This document shows positions 27,401-40,749 of a stretch of DNA of 49,896 bases, piece by piece. Numbering within the stretch: the first letter of the stretch is position 1; each line of letters opens with the position of its first letter. The notes under the pieces are model-generated. The model had not been told where the DNA came from, ran no database searches, and saw only the letters and a program-made list of their open reading frames with translations. The translations under genes and the position numbers were made by a program. The DNA comes from Nemertoderma westbladi (Eukaryota > Animalia > Xenacoelomorpha), in contig JAUCBJ010000322.1 of assembly GCA_032718475.1 (NCBI GenBank), positions 1-49,896 of the forward strand, read 5' to 3'.

Positions 27401-30400
27401 AAAATCTCCTGATTTTTTTCAAAAAACGACATCGATTTTCATATTCATGACTTATAACCCACTCCAAGAGATAGACAATCTTAAATGAAAGTCAAAAGAG
27501 CAGGTAACACTTAAATTTATAGAAGTAATCAGCTGTTCTTTGCTTCGTCTTTCCCCTGGAGATGGATGAATTTTGATTGTGTCAGAACACCCCCTTTTTG
27601 AGGCTCTCAGAGTGAAGAGATAAGTAGCCTATCTCCCTGTTAATATTGTTGTGTTCTAGAATATTTATTATAGTTTCATCGTATTGCCAAAGCGGCTGGA
27701 GCCGAAGTTAATATGTGATACAATAATTCACCTCAAATTTCTCAGCTATTTCATGAATATAATGAGTATTAAAGCCATGTCAAAATCCTTGGTGTTTTTC
27801 AGCATTAATTTATTAAAATCTCCTCTGATTTTTTACAAACAACGACATCGATTTTCATATTCATGACTTCTAACCCACTCCAAGAGATAGACAATCTTAA
27901 ATGAAAGTCAAAAGAGCAGGTAAAACTTACATTTATAGAAGTAATCAGATGTTCTTTGCTTCTTCTTTCCCCTGGAGATGGATGAATTTTGATTGCATCG
28001 GAACACTCCCTTTTTGAGGCTCTCAGAGTGAAGATATAAGTAGCCTATCTCCCTGTTAATATTGTTGTGTTCTAGAATATGTATTATAGTTTCATCGTAT
28101 TAAATATCTCAAATAGTTCCTGAATATAATGAGTATAAAATCCTTGTCAAAATCCTTAGTGTTTTTCAGCAATAATTTATTAAAATCTCCTCTGATTTTT
28201 CACAAAAAACGACATCGATTTTCATGTTCATGACTTCTAATCCACTCCAAGAGATAGACAATCTTAAATGGAAGTCAAAAGAGCAGGTAACACTTACATT
28301 TATAGAAGTAATCAGCTGTTCTTTGCTTCGTCTTTCCCCAGGAGATGGATGAAATTTGATTGCGTTGGAACACCCCCTTTTTGAGGCTCTCAGAGTGTAG
28401 AGAAAAGTAGCCTATCTCCCTGTTAATATTGTTGTGTTCTAGAATATTTATTATAGTTTCATCGTATTGCGAAAGCGGCTGGAGCTGAAGTTAATATATA
28501 ATGCAACAATTCACCTCAAGTATCTCAGCTATGTCATGAACATAATGAAGTATTAAAGCCTTGTCAAAATCCTTGGGGTTTTTCAGCAATAATTTATCAA
28601 AATATCCTCTGATTTTTTTCAAAAAACAACATCGATTTTCATATTCATGACTTCTAACCCACTCCAAGAGATAGACAATCTTAAACGAAAGTAATAAGAA
28701 CAGGTAACACTTTCATTTATAGAAGTAATCAGCTGTTATTTGCTTCGTCTTTCCCCAGGAGATGGATGCATTTTGATTGTGTCAGAACACCCCATTTTTG
28801 AGGCTCTCAGAGTGAAGAGATAAGTAGCATATCTCCCTGTTAATATTGTTGTGTTCTAGAATATTAATTATAGTTTCATCATGTTGTCAAAGCGGCTGGA
28901 GCCGAAGTTAATATGTGATACAATAATTCACCTCAAATTTCTCAGCTTTTTCATGAATATAATGAGTATTAAAGCCATGTCAAAATCCTTGGGGTTTTTC
29001 AGCAATAATTTATCAAAATATCCTCTGATTTTTTTCAAAAAACAACATCGATTTTCATATTCATGACTTCTAACCCACTCCAAGAGATAGACAATCTTAA
29101 ACGAAAGTAATAAGAACAGGTAACACTTTCATTTATAGAAGTAATCAGCTGTTATTTGCTTCGTCTTTCCCCAGGAGATGGATGCATTTTGATTGTGTCA
29201 GAACACCCCATTTTTGAGGCTCTCAGAGTGAAGAGATAAGTAGCATATCTCCCTGTTAATATTGTTGTGTTCTAGAATATTAATTATAGTTTCATCATGT
29301 TGCCAAAGCGGCTGGAGCCGAAGTTAATATGTGATACAATAATTCACCTCAAATTTCTCAGCTTTTTCATGAATATAATGAGTATTAAAGCCATGTCAAA
29401 ATCCTTGGTGTTTTTCAGCAATAATTTATTAAAATCTCCTGATTTTTTTCAAAAAACGACATCGATTTTCATATTCATGACTTATAACCCACTCCAAGAG
29501 ATAGACAATCTTAAATGAAAGTCAAAAGAGCAGGTAACACTTAAATTTATAGAAGTAATCAGCTGTTCTTTGCTTCGTCTTTCCCCTGGAGATGGATGAA
29601 TTTTGATTGTGTCAGAACACCCCATTTTTGAGGCTCTCAGAGTGAAGAGATAAGTAGCCTATCTCCCTGTTAATATTGTTGTGTTCTAGAATATTTATTA
29701 TAGTTTCATCGTATTGCCAAAGCGGCTGGAGCCGAAGTTAATATGTGATACAATAATTCACCTCAATTTTCTCAGCTATTTCATGAATATAATGAGTATT
29801 AAAGCCATGTCAAAATCCTTGGTGTTTTTCAGCATTAATTTATTAAAATCTCCTCTGATTTTTTACAAACAACGACATCGATTTTCATATTCATGACTTC
29901 TAACCCACTCCAAGAGATAGACAATCTTAAATGAAAGTCAAAAGAGCAGGTAACACTTACATTTATAGAAGTAATCAGATGTTCTTTGCTTCTTCTTTCC
30001 CCTGGAGATGGATGAATTTTGATTGCATCGGAACACCCCCTTTTTGAGGCTCTCAGAGTGAAGAGATAAGTAGCATATCTCCCTGTTAATATTGTTGTGT
30101 TCTAGAATATTAATTATAGTTTCATCATGTTGCCAAAGCGGCTGGAGCCGAAGTTAATATGTGATACAATAATTCACCTCAAATTTCTCAGCTTTTTCAT
30201 GAATATAATGAGTATTAAAGCCATGTCCAAATCCTTGGTGTTTTTCAGCAATAATTTATTAAAATCTCCTCTGATTTTTCACAAAAAACGACATCGATTT
30301 TCATTTTCATGACTTCTAACCCACTCCAAGAGATAGACAATCTTAAATGAAAATCAAAAGAGCAGGTAACACTTTCATTTATAGAAGTAATCAGCTGTTA

Positions 30401-33400
30401 TTTGCTTCGTCTTTCCCCAGGGGATGGATGAATTTTGATTGCGTCGGAACACCCCCTTTTTGAGGCTTTCGGAGTGAAGATATAAGTAGCCTATCTCCCT
30501 GTTAATATTGTTGTGTTCTAGAATATGTATTATAGTTTCATCGTATTGCCAAAGCGGCTGGAGCCGAACTTAATATGTGATACAATAATTCACCTCAAAT
30601 TTCTCAGCTATTTCATGAATATAATGAGTATTAAAGCCATGTCCAAATCCTTGGTGTTTTTCAGCAATAATTTATTAAAATCTCCTCTGATTTTTCACAA
30701 AAAACGACATCGATTTTCATTTTCATGACTTCTAACCCACTCCAAGAGATAGACAATCTTAAATGAAAATCAAAAGAGCAGGTAACACTTAAATTTATAG
30801 AAGTAATCAGCTGTTCTTTGCTTCGTCTTTCCCCTGGAGATGGATGCATTTTGATTGTGTCAGAACACCCCCTTTTTGAGGCTCTCAGAGTGAAGAGATA
30901 AGTAGCATATCTCCCTGTTAATATTGTTGTGTTCTAGAATATTAATTATAGTTTCATCATGTTGCCAAAGCGGCTGGAGCCGAAGTTAATATGTGATACA
31001 ATAATTCACCTCAAATTTCTCAGCTTTTTCATGAATATAATGAGTATTAAAGCCATGTCAAAATCCTTGGTGTTTTTCAGCAATAATTTATTAAAATCTC
31101 CTGATTTTTTTCAAAAAACGACATCGATTTTCATATTCATGACTTATAACCCACTCCAAGAGATAGACAATCTTAAATGAAAGTCAAAAGAGCAGGTAAC
31201 ACTTAAATTTATAGAAGTAATCAGCTGTTCTTTGCTTCGTCTTTCCCCTGGAGATGGATGAATTTTGATTGTGTCAGAACACCCCATTTTTGAGGCTCTC
31301 AGAGTGAAGAGATAAGTAGCCTATCTCCCTGTTAATATTGTTGTGTTCTAGAATATTTATTATAGTTTCATCGTATTGCCAAAGCGGCTGGAGCCGAAGT
31401 TAATATGTGATACAATAATTCACCTCAATTTTCTCAGCTATTTCATGAATATAATGAGTATTAAAGCCATGTCAAAATCCTTGGTGTTTTTCAGCATTAA
31501 TTTATTAAAATCTCCTCTGATTTTTTACAAACAACGACATCGATTTTCATATTCATGACTTCTAACCCACTCCAAGAGATAGACAATCTTAAATGAAAGT
31601 CAAAAGAGCAGGTAACACTTACATTTATAGAAGTAATCAGATGTTCTTTGCTTCTTCTTTCCCCTGGAGATGGATGAATTTTGATTGCATCGGAACACTC
31701 CCTTTTTGAGGCTCTCAGAGTGAAGATATAAGTAGCCTATCTCCCTGTTAATATTGTTGTGTTCTAGAATATGTATTATAGTTTCATCGTATTAAATATC
31801 TCAAATAGTTCCTGAATATAATGAGTATAAAATCCTTGTCAAAATCCTTAGTGTTTTTCAGCAATAATTTATTAAAATCTCCTCTGATTTTTCACAAAAA
31901 TGACATCGATTTTCATGTTCATGACTTCTAATCCACTCCAAGAGATAGACAATCTTAAATGGAAGTCAAAAGAGCAGGTAACACTTACATTTATAGAAGT
32001 AATCAGCTGTTCTTTGCTTCGTCTTTCCCCTGGAGATGGATGCATTTTGATTGTGTCAGAACACCCCCTTTTTGAGGCTCTCAGAGTGAAGAGATAAGTA
32101 GCATATCTCCCTGTTAATATTGTTGTGTTCTAGAATATTAATTATAGTTTCATCGTGTTGCCAAAGCGGCTGGAGCCGAAGTTAATATGTGATACAATAA
32201 TTCACCTCAAATGTCTCAGCTATTTCATGAATATAATGAGTATTAAAGCTATGTCAAAATCCTTGGTGTTTTTCAGCAATAATTTATTAAAATCTTCTGA
32301 TTTTTTTCAAAAAACGACATCGATTTTCATATTCATGACTTCTAACCCACTCCAAGAGATAGACAATCTTAAATGAAAGTCAAAAGAGCAGGTAACACTT
32401 AAATTTATTGAAGTAATCAGCTGTTCTTTGCTTCGTCTTTCCCCTGGAGATGGATGAATTTTGATTGTGTCAGAACACCCCCTTTTTGAGGCTCTCAGAG
32501 TGAAGAGATAAGTAGCCTATCTCCCTGTTAATATTGTTGTGTTCTAGAATATTTATTATAGTTTCATCGTATTGCCAAAGCGGCTGGAGCCGAAGTTAAT
32601 ATGTGATACAATAATTCACCTCAAATTTCTCAGCTATTTCATGAATATAATGAGTATTAAAGCCATGTCAAAATCCTTGGTGTTTTTCAGCATTAATTTA
32701 TTAAAATCTCCTCTGATTTTTTACAAACAACGACATCGATTTTCATATTCATGACTTCTAACCCACTCCAAGAGATAGACAATCTTAAATGAAAGTCAAA
32801 AGAGCAGGTAACACTTAAATTTATAGAAGTAATCAGCTGTTCTTTGCTTCGTCTTTCCCCTGGAGATGGATGAATTTTGATTGTGTCAGAACACCCCCTT
32901 TTTGAGGCTCTCAGAGTGAAGAGATAAGTAGCCTATCTCCCTGTTAATATTGTTGTGTTCTAGAATATTTATTATAGTTTCATCGTATTGCGAAAGCGGC
33001 TGGAGCTGAAGTTAATATATAATGCAACAATTCACCTCAAGTATCTCAGCTATGTCATGAACATAATGAAGTATTAAAGCCTTGTCAAAATCCTTGGGGT
33101 TTTTCAGCAATAATTTATCAAAATATCCTCTGATTTTTTTCAAAAAACGACATCGATTTTCATATTCATGACTTCTAACCCACTCCAAGAGATAGACAAT
33201 CTTAAACGAAAGTCATAAGAACAGGTAACACTTTCATTTATAGAAGTAATCAGCTGTTATTTGCTTCGTCTTTCCCCAGGAGATGGATGAATTTTGATTG
33301 CGTCGGAACACCCCCTTTTTGAGGCTCTCAGAGTGAAGATATAAGTAGCCTATCTCCCTGTTAATATTGTTGTGTTCTAGAATATGTATTATATTTTCAT

Positions 33401-36400
33401 CGTATTGCCAAAGCGGCTGGAGCCGAACTTAATATGTGATACAATAATTCACCTCAAATTTCTTAGCTATTTCATGAATATAATGAGTATTAAAGCCATG
33501 TAAAAATCCTTGGTGTTTTTCAGCATTAATTTATTAAAATCTCCTCTGATTTTTTACAAAAAACGACATTGATTTTCATATTCATGACTTCTAACCCACT
33601 CCAAGAGATAGACAATCTTAAATGAAAGTCAAAAGAGCAGGTAACACTTAAATTTATAGAAGTAATCAGCTGTTCTTTGCTTCGTCTTTCCCCTGGAGAT
33701 GGATGAATTTTTTGATTGTGTCAGAACACCCCCTTTTTGCGGCTCTCAGAGTGAAGAGATAAGTAGCTTATCTCCCAGTTAATATTGTTGTGTTCTAGAA
33801 TATTTATTATAGTTTCATCGTATTGCCAAAGCGGCTGGAGCTGAAGTTAATATATAATGCAAAAATTCACCTCAAGTATCTCAGCTATTTCATGAACATA
33901 ATGAAGTATTAAAGCCATGTCAAAATCCTTGGGGTTTTTCAGCAATAATTTATCGAAATATCCTCTGATTTTTTTCAAAAAACGACATCGATTTTCATAT
34001 TCATGACTTCTAACCCACTCCAAGAGATAGACAATCTTAAACGAAAGTCATAAGAACAGGTAACACTTTCATTTATAGAAGTAATCAGCTGTTATTTGCT
34101 TCGTCTTTCCCCAGGAGATGGATGAAATTTGATTGCGTCGGAACACCCCCTTTTTGAAGCTCTCAGAGTGTAGAGAAAAGTAGCCTATCTCCCTGTTAAT
34201 ATTGTTGTGTTCTAGAATATGTATTATATTTTCATCGTATTGCCAAAGCGGCTGGAGCCGAACTTAATATGTGATACAATAATTCACTTCAAATTTCTCA
34301 GCTATTTCATGAATATAATGAGTATTAAAGCCATGTCAAAATCCTTGGTGTTTTTCAGCATTAATTTATTAAAATCTCCTCTGATTTTTTATAAAAAACG
34401 ACATTGATTTTCATATTTATAACTTCTAACCCACTCCACGAGATAGAGAATCTTAAACGAATGTCATAAGAACAGGTAACACTTACATTTATAGAAGTAA
34501 TCAGCTGTTATTTGCTTCGTCTTTCTCCAGGAGATGGATTAATTTTGATTGCGTCGGAACACCCCCTATCTGTGGCTCTCAGAGTGAAGATATAAGTAGC
34601 CTATCTCCCTGTTAATATTGTTGTGTTCTAGAATATTTATTATAGTTTCATCGTATTAAATATCTCAAATAGTTCATGAATATAATAAGTATAAAATCCT
34701 TGTCAAAATCCTTGGTGTTTTTCAGCAATAATTTATTAAAATCTCCTCTGATTTTTTACAAAAACGACATCGATTTTCATATTCATGACTTCTAATCCAC
34801 TCCAAGAGATAGACAATCTTAAATGAAAGTCAAAAGAGCAGGTAACACTTACATTTATAGAAGTAATTAGCTGTTCTTTGCTTCGTCTTTCCCCTGGAGA
34901 TGGATGAATTTTGATTGCATCGGAACACCCCCTTTTTGAGGCTCTCAGAGTGAAGATATAAGTAGCCTATCTCCCTGTTAATATTGTTGTGTTCTAGAAT
35001 ATGTATTATAGTTTCATCGTATTGCCAAAGCGGCTGGAGCCGAACTTAATATGTGATACAATAATTCACCTCAAATTTCTCAGCTATTTCATGAATATAA
35101 TGAGTATTAAAGCCATGTCAAAATCCTTGGTGTTTTTCAGCATTAATTTATTAAAATCTCCTCTGATTTTTTACAAACAACGACATCGATTTTCATATTC
35201 ATGACTTCTAACCCACTCCAAGAGATAGACAATCTTAAATGAAAGTCAAAAGAGCAGGTAACACTTAAATTTATAGAAGTAATCAGCTGTTCTTTGCTTC
35301 GTCTTTCCCCTGGAGATGGATGAATTTTGATTGTGTCAGAACACCCCCTTTTTGAGGCTCTCAGAGTGAAGAGATAAGTAGCCTATCTCCCTGTTAATAT
35401 TGTTGTGTTCTAGAATATTTATTATAGTTTCATCGTATTGCGAAAGCGGCTGGAGCTGAAGTTAATATATAATGCAACAATTCACCTCAAGTATCTCAGC
35501 TATGTCATGAACATAATGAAGTATTAAAGCCTTGTCAAAATCCTTGGGGTTTTTCAGCAATAATTTATCAAAATATCCTCTGATTTTTTTCAAAAAACGA
35601 CATCGATTTTCATATTCACGACTTCTAACCCACTCCAAGAGATAGACAATCTTAAACGAAAGTCATAAGAACAGGTAACACTTTCATTTATAGAAGTAAT
35701 CAGCTGTTATTTGCTTCGTCTTTCCCCAGGAGATGGATGAATTTTGATTGCGTCGGAACACCCCCTTTTTGAGGCTCTCAGAGTGAAGATATAAGTAGCC
35801 TATCTCCCTGTTAATATTGTTGTGTTCTAGAATATGTATTATATTTTCATCGTATTGCCAAAGCGGCTGGAGCCGAACTTAATATGTGATACAATAATTC
35901 ACCTCAAATTTCTTAGCTATTTCATGAATATAATGAGTATTAAAGCCATGTAAAAATCCTTGGTGTTTTTCAGCATTAATTTATTAAAATCTCCTCTGAT
36001 TTTTTACAAAAAACGACATTGATTTTCATATTCATGACTTCTAACCCACTCCAAGAGATAGACAATCTTAAATGAAAGTCAAAAGAGCAGGTAACACTTA
36101 AATTTATAGAAGTAATCAGCTGTTCTTTGCTTCGTCTTTCCCCTGGAGATGGATGAATTTTGATTGTGTCAGAACACCCCCTTTTTGAGGCTCTCAGAGT
36201 GAAGAGATAAGTAGCCTATCTCCCTGTTAATATTGTTGTGTTCTAGAATATTTATTATAGTTTCATCGTATTGCGAAAGCGGCTGGAGCTGAAGTTAATA
36301 TATAATGCAACAATTCACCTCAAGTATCTCAGCTATGTCATGAACATAATGAAGTATTAAAGCCTTGTCAAAATCCTTGGGGTTTTTCAGCAATAATTTA

Positions 36401-38543
36401 TCAAAATATCCTCTGATTTTTTTCAAAAAACGACATCGATTTTCATATTCATGACTTCTAACCCACTCCAAGAGATAGACAATCTTAAACGAAAGTCATA
36501 AGAACAGGTAACACTTTCATTTATAGAAGTAATCAGCTGTTATTTGCTTCGTCTTTCCCCAGGAGATGGATGAAATTTGATTGCGTCGGAACACCCCCTT
36601 TTTGAAGCTCTCAGAGTGTAGAGAAAAGTAGCCTATCTCCCTGTTAATATTGTTGTGTTCTATAATATTTATTATAGTTTCATCGTATTGCCAAAGCGGC
36701 TGGAGCCAAAGTTAATATGTGATACAATAATTCACTTCAAATTTCTCAGCTATTTCATGAATATAATGAGTATTAAAGCCATGTCAAAATCCTTGGTGTT
36801 TTTCAGCATTAATTTATTAAAATCTCCTCTGATTTTTTATAAAAAACGACATTGATTTTCATATTTATAACTTCTAACCCACTCCACGAGATAGAGAATC
36901 TTAAACGAATGTCATAAGAACAGGTAACACTTACATTTATAGAAGTAATCAGCTGTTATTTGCTTCGTCTTTCTCCAGGATATGGATTAATTTTGATTGC
37001 GTCGGAACACCCCCTATCTGTGGCTCTCAGAGTGAAGATATAAGTAGCCTATCTCCCTGTTAATATTGTTGTGTTCTAGAATATTTATTATAGTTTCATC
37101 GTATTAAATATCTCAAATAGTTCATGAATATAATAAGTATAAAATCCTTGTCAAAATCCTTGGTGTTTTTCAGCAATAATTTATTAAAATCTCCTCTGAT
37201 TTTTTACAAAAACGACATCGATTTTCATATTCATGACTTCTAATCCACTCCAAGAGATAGACAATCTTAAATGAAAGTCAAAAGAGCAGGTAACACTTAA
37301 ATTTATAGAAGTAATCAGCTGTTATTTGCTTCGTCTTTCCCCAGGAGATGGATGAAATTTGATTGCGTCGGAACACCCCCTTTTTGAAGCTCTCAGAGTG
37401 TAGAGAAAAGTAGCCTATCTCCCTGTTAATATTGTTGTGTTCTATAATATTTATTATAGTTTCATCGTATTGCCAAAGCGGCTGGAGCCAAAGTTAATAT
37501 GTGATACAATAATTCACCTCAAATTTCTCAGCTATTTCATGAATATAATGAGTATGAAAGCCATGTCAAAATCCTTGGTGTTTTTCAGCAATAATTTATT
37601 AAAATCTCCTCTGATTTTTTACAAAAAACGACATCGATTTTCATATTCATAACTTCTAATCCACTCCAAGAGATAGACAATCTTAAATGAAAGTCAAAAG
37701 AGCAGGTAACAATTAAATTTATATAAGTAATCAGCTGTTCTTTGCTTCGTCTTTCCCCTGGAGATGGATGAATTTTGATTGTGTCAGAACACCCCCTTTT
37801 TGAGGCTCTCAGAGTGAAGAGATAAGTAGCCTATCTCCCTGTTAATATTGTTGTGTTCTAGAATATTTATTATAGTTTCATCGTATTGCCAAAGCGGCTG
37901 GAGCTGAAGTTAATATATAATGGAACAATTCACCTCAAGTATCTCAGCTATTTCATGAACATAATGAAGTATTAAAGCCATGTCAAAATCCTTGGGTTTT
38001 TTCAGCAATAATTTATCAAAATATCTTCTGATTTTTTTCAAAAACCACATCGATTTTCATATTTATAACTTCTAACCCACTCCACGAGATAGAGAATCTT
38101 AAACGAAAGTCATAAGAACAGGTAACACTTACATTTATAGAAGTAATCAGCTATTCTTTGCTTCGCCTTTCCCCTGGTGATGGATGAATTTTTATTGCAT
38201 CGGAACACCCCCTTTCTGAGGCTCTCAGAATTGAGAGATAAGTAGCCTATTTCCCTGTTAATATTGTTCTGTTGTAGAATATTTATTATAGTTTCATCGT
38301 ATTGCCAAAGCGGCTGGAGTCGAAATTAATATGTAATGCAATAATTCACCTCAAATTTCTCAGCTATTTCATGAACATAATGAAGTATTAAAGCCATGTC
38401 AAAATCCTTGGGTTTTTTCAGCAATAATTTATCAAAATATCTTCTGATTTTTTTCAAAAACCACATCAATTTTCATATTTATAACTTCTAACCCACTCCA
38501 CGAGATAGAGAATCTTAAACGAAAGTCATAAGAACAGGTAACA

Positions 38544-39104
38544 TGTGACGGGATCATCCAGAAAGGATCCCGATTTATCCTTGTTAGTTCACGCGTCCCC
38601 GCCGTGTGTGAAAGAGTGTAAAAGGTAAAGCTGCTGTTGTTCGTTATATTGTGATCTCCGGGATATGATATAGATATAGATGATATATAGATATTGGTGT
38701 ACACAGAAGGCGGGATATGTATGACGTACATACGTTGACGGTAACTAAAATCCCGGTACTTCCCTAGCTAATGTATGCTTACTGTACCACCAGTAACACT
38801 GAGATAACTGAAGTACTATGATTACTGCTTAGTGGTTATATTGCACGGTGGCCTTATTGTTCTACTCAATCGGTGCCAGCCCCCCTCTGATTGGTTGCTA
38901 CCCTTGTTGGCGCCCTTTGGGGTGTTCCCGTTCACCCCAGCTATTCTCTCTCTTGTCAGGGTACTAACCCCTGACCCTCACTGTGTGCCTCTCCTTCCCA
39001 TTCTGTTGGGGAGACACGAGTTGGTTGGCACCTAATCTCGTGTCCCCCAATATTGCTTATTGGCTTAACTTTGTGGAGTATTGGCGGGATTGAATAAGCT
39101 AACA
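38544..39104 (-). repeat. 3' LTR (561 bp)
   Basis: Minus strand reads TGTTAGC...CGTCACA. It is immediately preceded by a PPT, and satellite homology stops exactly at 38543 (GGTAACA|TGTGACG). The partner LTR is not in the window. Confidence 0.8.
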
Positions 39105-39115
39105 CTCCCCCCCAT
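39105..39115 (-). other. Polypurine tract (ATGGGGGGGAG)
   Basis: G-rich tract directly adjoining the TGT start of the LTR on the minus strand. Confidence 0.8.
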
Positions 39116-39848
39116 GCTATCTTCCCGGTGAAAAGATAGCATCAAACCAAAAAAGTGCGCTACAATCCCGCTGGATCCCGATCTAGCATCGGGTGTGGGG
39201 CGGAAATCTTTTCTTTCGGAGTCGGCTTTCCTGACCGCTCCCTCTGATAACGCTGATATGATATGATATGATAACGCTACCCTTTACGCCTGGCGTCCAC
39301 GTCGGACCGATCGTGCTCACCTCTCACACGATTTTTGTTTCCCCAACACTTTCGCCCTTGACTCTTACTCTTCTCTCACTCTAATCTCGGACTTCTCTGT
39401 CCCTTACTCAGCCTCTTACTCCTTCCCCCCACACGCTAGAATTGCATCCGCACCCTCTCCGCACTCCGCACTATCTGATTCTCTCACTGACTACCTCATT
39501 GACTACCTCATTTGCTCTGACGAATGTCACCTCCCCTCCCGTGCCGTCGCACTCAAGAAGTGTGAAGTCGTCTCATGTCTTGTCCATAGTCCCATAGTCA
39601 AGTTAGCCCCCCATTCCCAGTAGCTAATTGAGAAAGGTTGTATGACTATAGTACTTACTCCGAACGTATGTATTTTACTGCTAATTACTACGTACGTACA
39701 TACAAATTGCACTTATATGATTATTTGCATTAATTAAATTTGTACTTAGTTTAATTAAGTTTGTACTTAGTAGTTCGTACGTTCCACGCGGCGCCTTCCA
39801 GGCGGCCCACGTCCCATTCTCAGTTTCACTCCCTTGGCTCTCGGGAAC

Positions 39849-40547
39849 CTATCTGTTCCCCCGGGGGTAGTTCCCCCTAACGTCCTCTTCCCTGGGCCGT
39901 TTCTTGGTTATCACCGTACCTCTGACATCATCCGCTTTCTGCTTTCGGACCTTCGCCGCCACTTCCTTACTGATCCCGGTCGTTGGCTCCTTGGGCGCTG
40001 GTGTTATTAATGCCCGATACCGCTTCGCCGGTGGCCCCTCAGAATGGCCTGGCTGTCTCCCTCGGGTGGCATCCCATAGGATCATTTTCATTCTCTTTGG
40101 TACGTGCTCCGCCAAGAAGTCCCTAAACTCCCTCCGGTTCTCTGGCGTCCACCTGTCCAGGTACCGTTGCGTGTTCATAACTCCGGCGAACGACGCCGCC
40201 GTTGCTACCTCTTGATAGGTAAACGGTAACCTTCGCTTTATGATTTCCATGTGGGTCTCCTGGTTTATAAGAAAGAAACCCCACTTGAACTCCTGGGCCT
40301 TCATGCGCTGGCGCGTCATAGCCCCGACGTCGGCCCACTCCTCGAATCTTGCGAACTTCTCCTCGTCGTCCATCCAGTCGCACTGGCGTCCGTAGTGTCC
40401 CCGAAAGTGGCACTTTGGACATCGGTTGTGTAACCGTGGACACGCCCCCATCCTGTGGCTTGGTTCTCGGCAGTAGAGACAAAAGGTTCCTTTCTGGAAC
40501 CGATACAAACAGCTCCTTTCCCGGTGGGTCTGTCTCCCACCTCTCAT
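39849..40547 (-). CDS. Tandem CCHC zinc-knuckle protein segment (probable C-terminal part of the accessory gene)
   Basis: CLYCREPSHRMGAC and CPKCHFRGHYGRQC both fit C-x2-C-x4-H-x4-C. Basic C-terminus (PPAKRYR, KKRPR). Confidence 0.72.
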   Translation of the reverse strand: MRGGRQTHRERSCLYRFQKGTFCLYCREPSHRMGACPRLHNRCPKCHFRGHYGRQCDWMDDEEKFARFEEWADVGAMTRQRMKAQEFKWGFFLINQETHMEIIKRRLPFTYQEVATAASFAGVMNTQRYLDRWTPENRREFRDFLAEHVPKRMKMILWDATRGRQPGHSEGPPAKRYRALITPAPKEPTTGISKEVAAKVRKQKADDVRGTVITKKRPREEDVRGNYPRGNR

Positions 40548-40749
40548 ATGGTGTATCCACGTCCCTGTCTACCAGATGTCGGTGGTTATAGTACACCGAC
40601 TCGCCCTTCAGCCCCGGGTGGTCTACCAGACCCTCGAAAGCTATCTTAAAGGCCCTTCTGTAGCTCAGGGGTGATCCCAATAGCAGGAATGCCGTTGGTT
40701 CCTTCCCAATGACAATGGTCATGAATAGGTTCAGTAGACCCATCATATC
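40507..40749 (-). CDS. Probable middle segment of the accessory gene (frame of ORF 40123-40746)
   Basis: Supplies the Asp that completes an ExoIII-like Q-K-R-Y-I-L-x-D motif and bridges to the zinc-knuckle frame. Requires two frameshifts. Confidence 0.5.

Larger units (their letters stand above)
2345..38543. repeat. Satellite DNA array, ~416-bp AT-rich monomer, about 80 head-to-tail copies
   Basis: Landmarks such as GAACACCCCCTTTTTGAGGCTCTCAGAGTGAAG and TTGCCAAAGCGGCTGGAGCC recur every ~415-417 bp, or ~367-372 bp for the deleted variant. ORF-track spacings (e.g. 3789 to 4206) agree. Confidence 0.98.

Noticed and set aside
3181-37652. Dozens of 60-81 aa ORFs (MPKRLEPKLICDT..., MHPSPGERRS...)
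   Set aside because: They are translations of the satellite monomer. Many start at non-ATG codons, and frames and stops shift freely with homopolymer indels and deletions.
2345-38543. Array as a CRISPR, a tandem-exon gene (TTTTTCAG ... CAG/GTAACA in each monomer) or a hammerhead-containing satellite
   Set aside because: No unique spacers or cas genes. The would-be exon has stops in all frames and variable length. I saw no CTGATGA hammerhead core on either strand.
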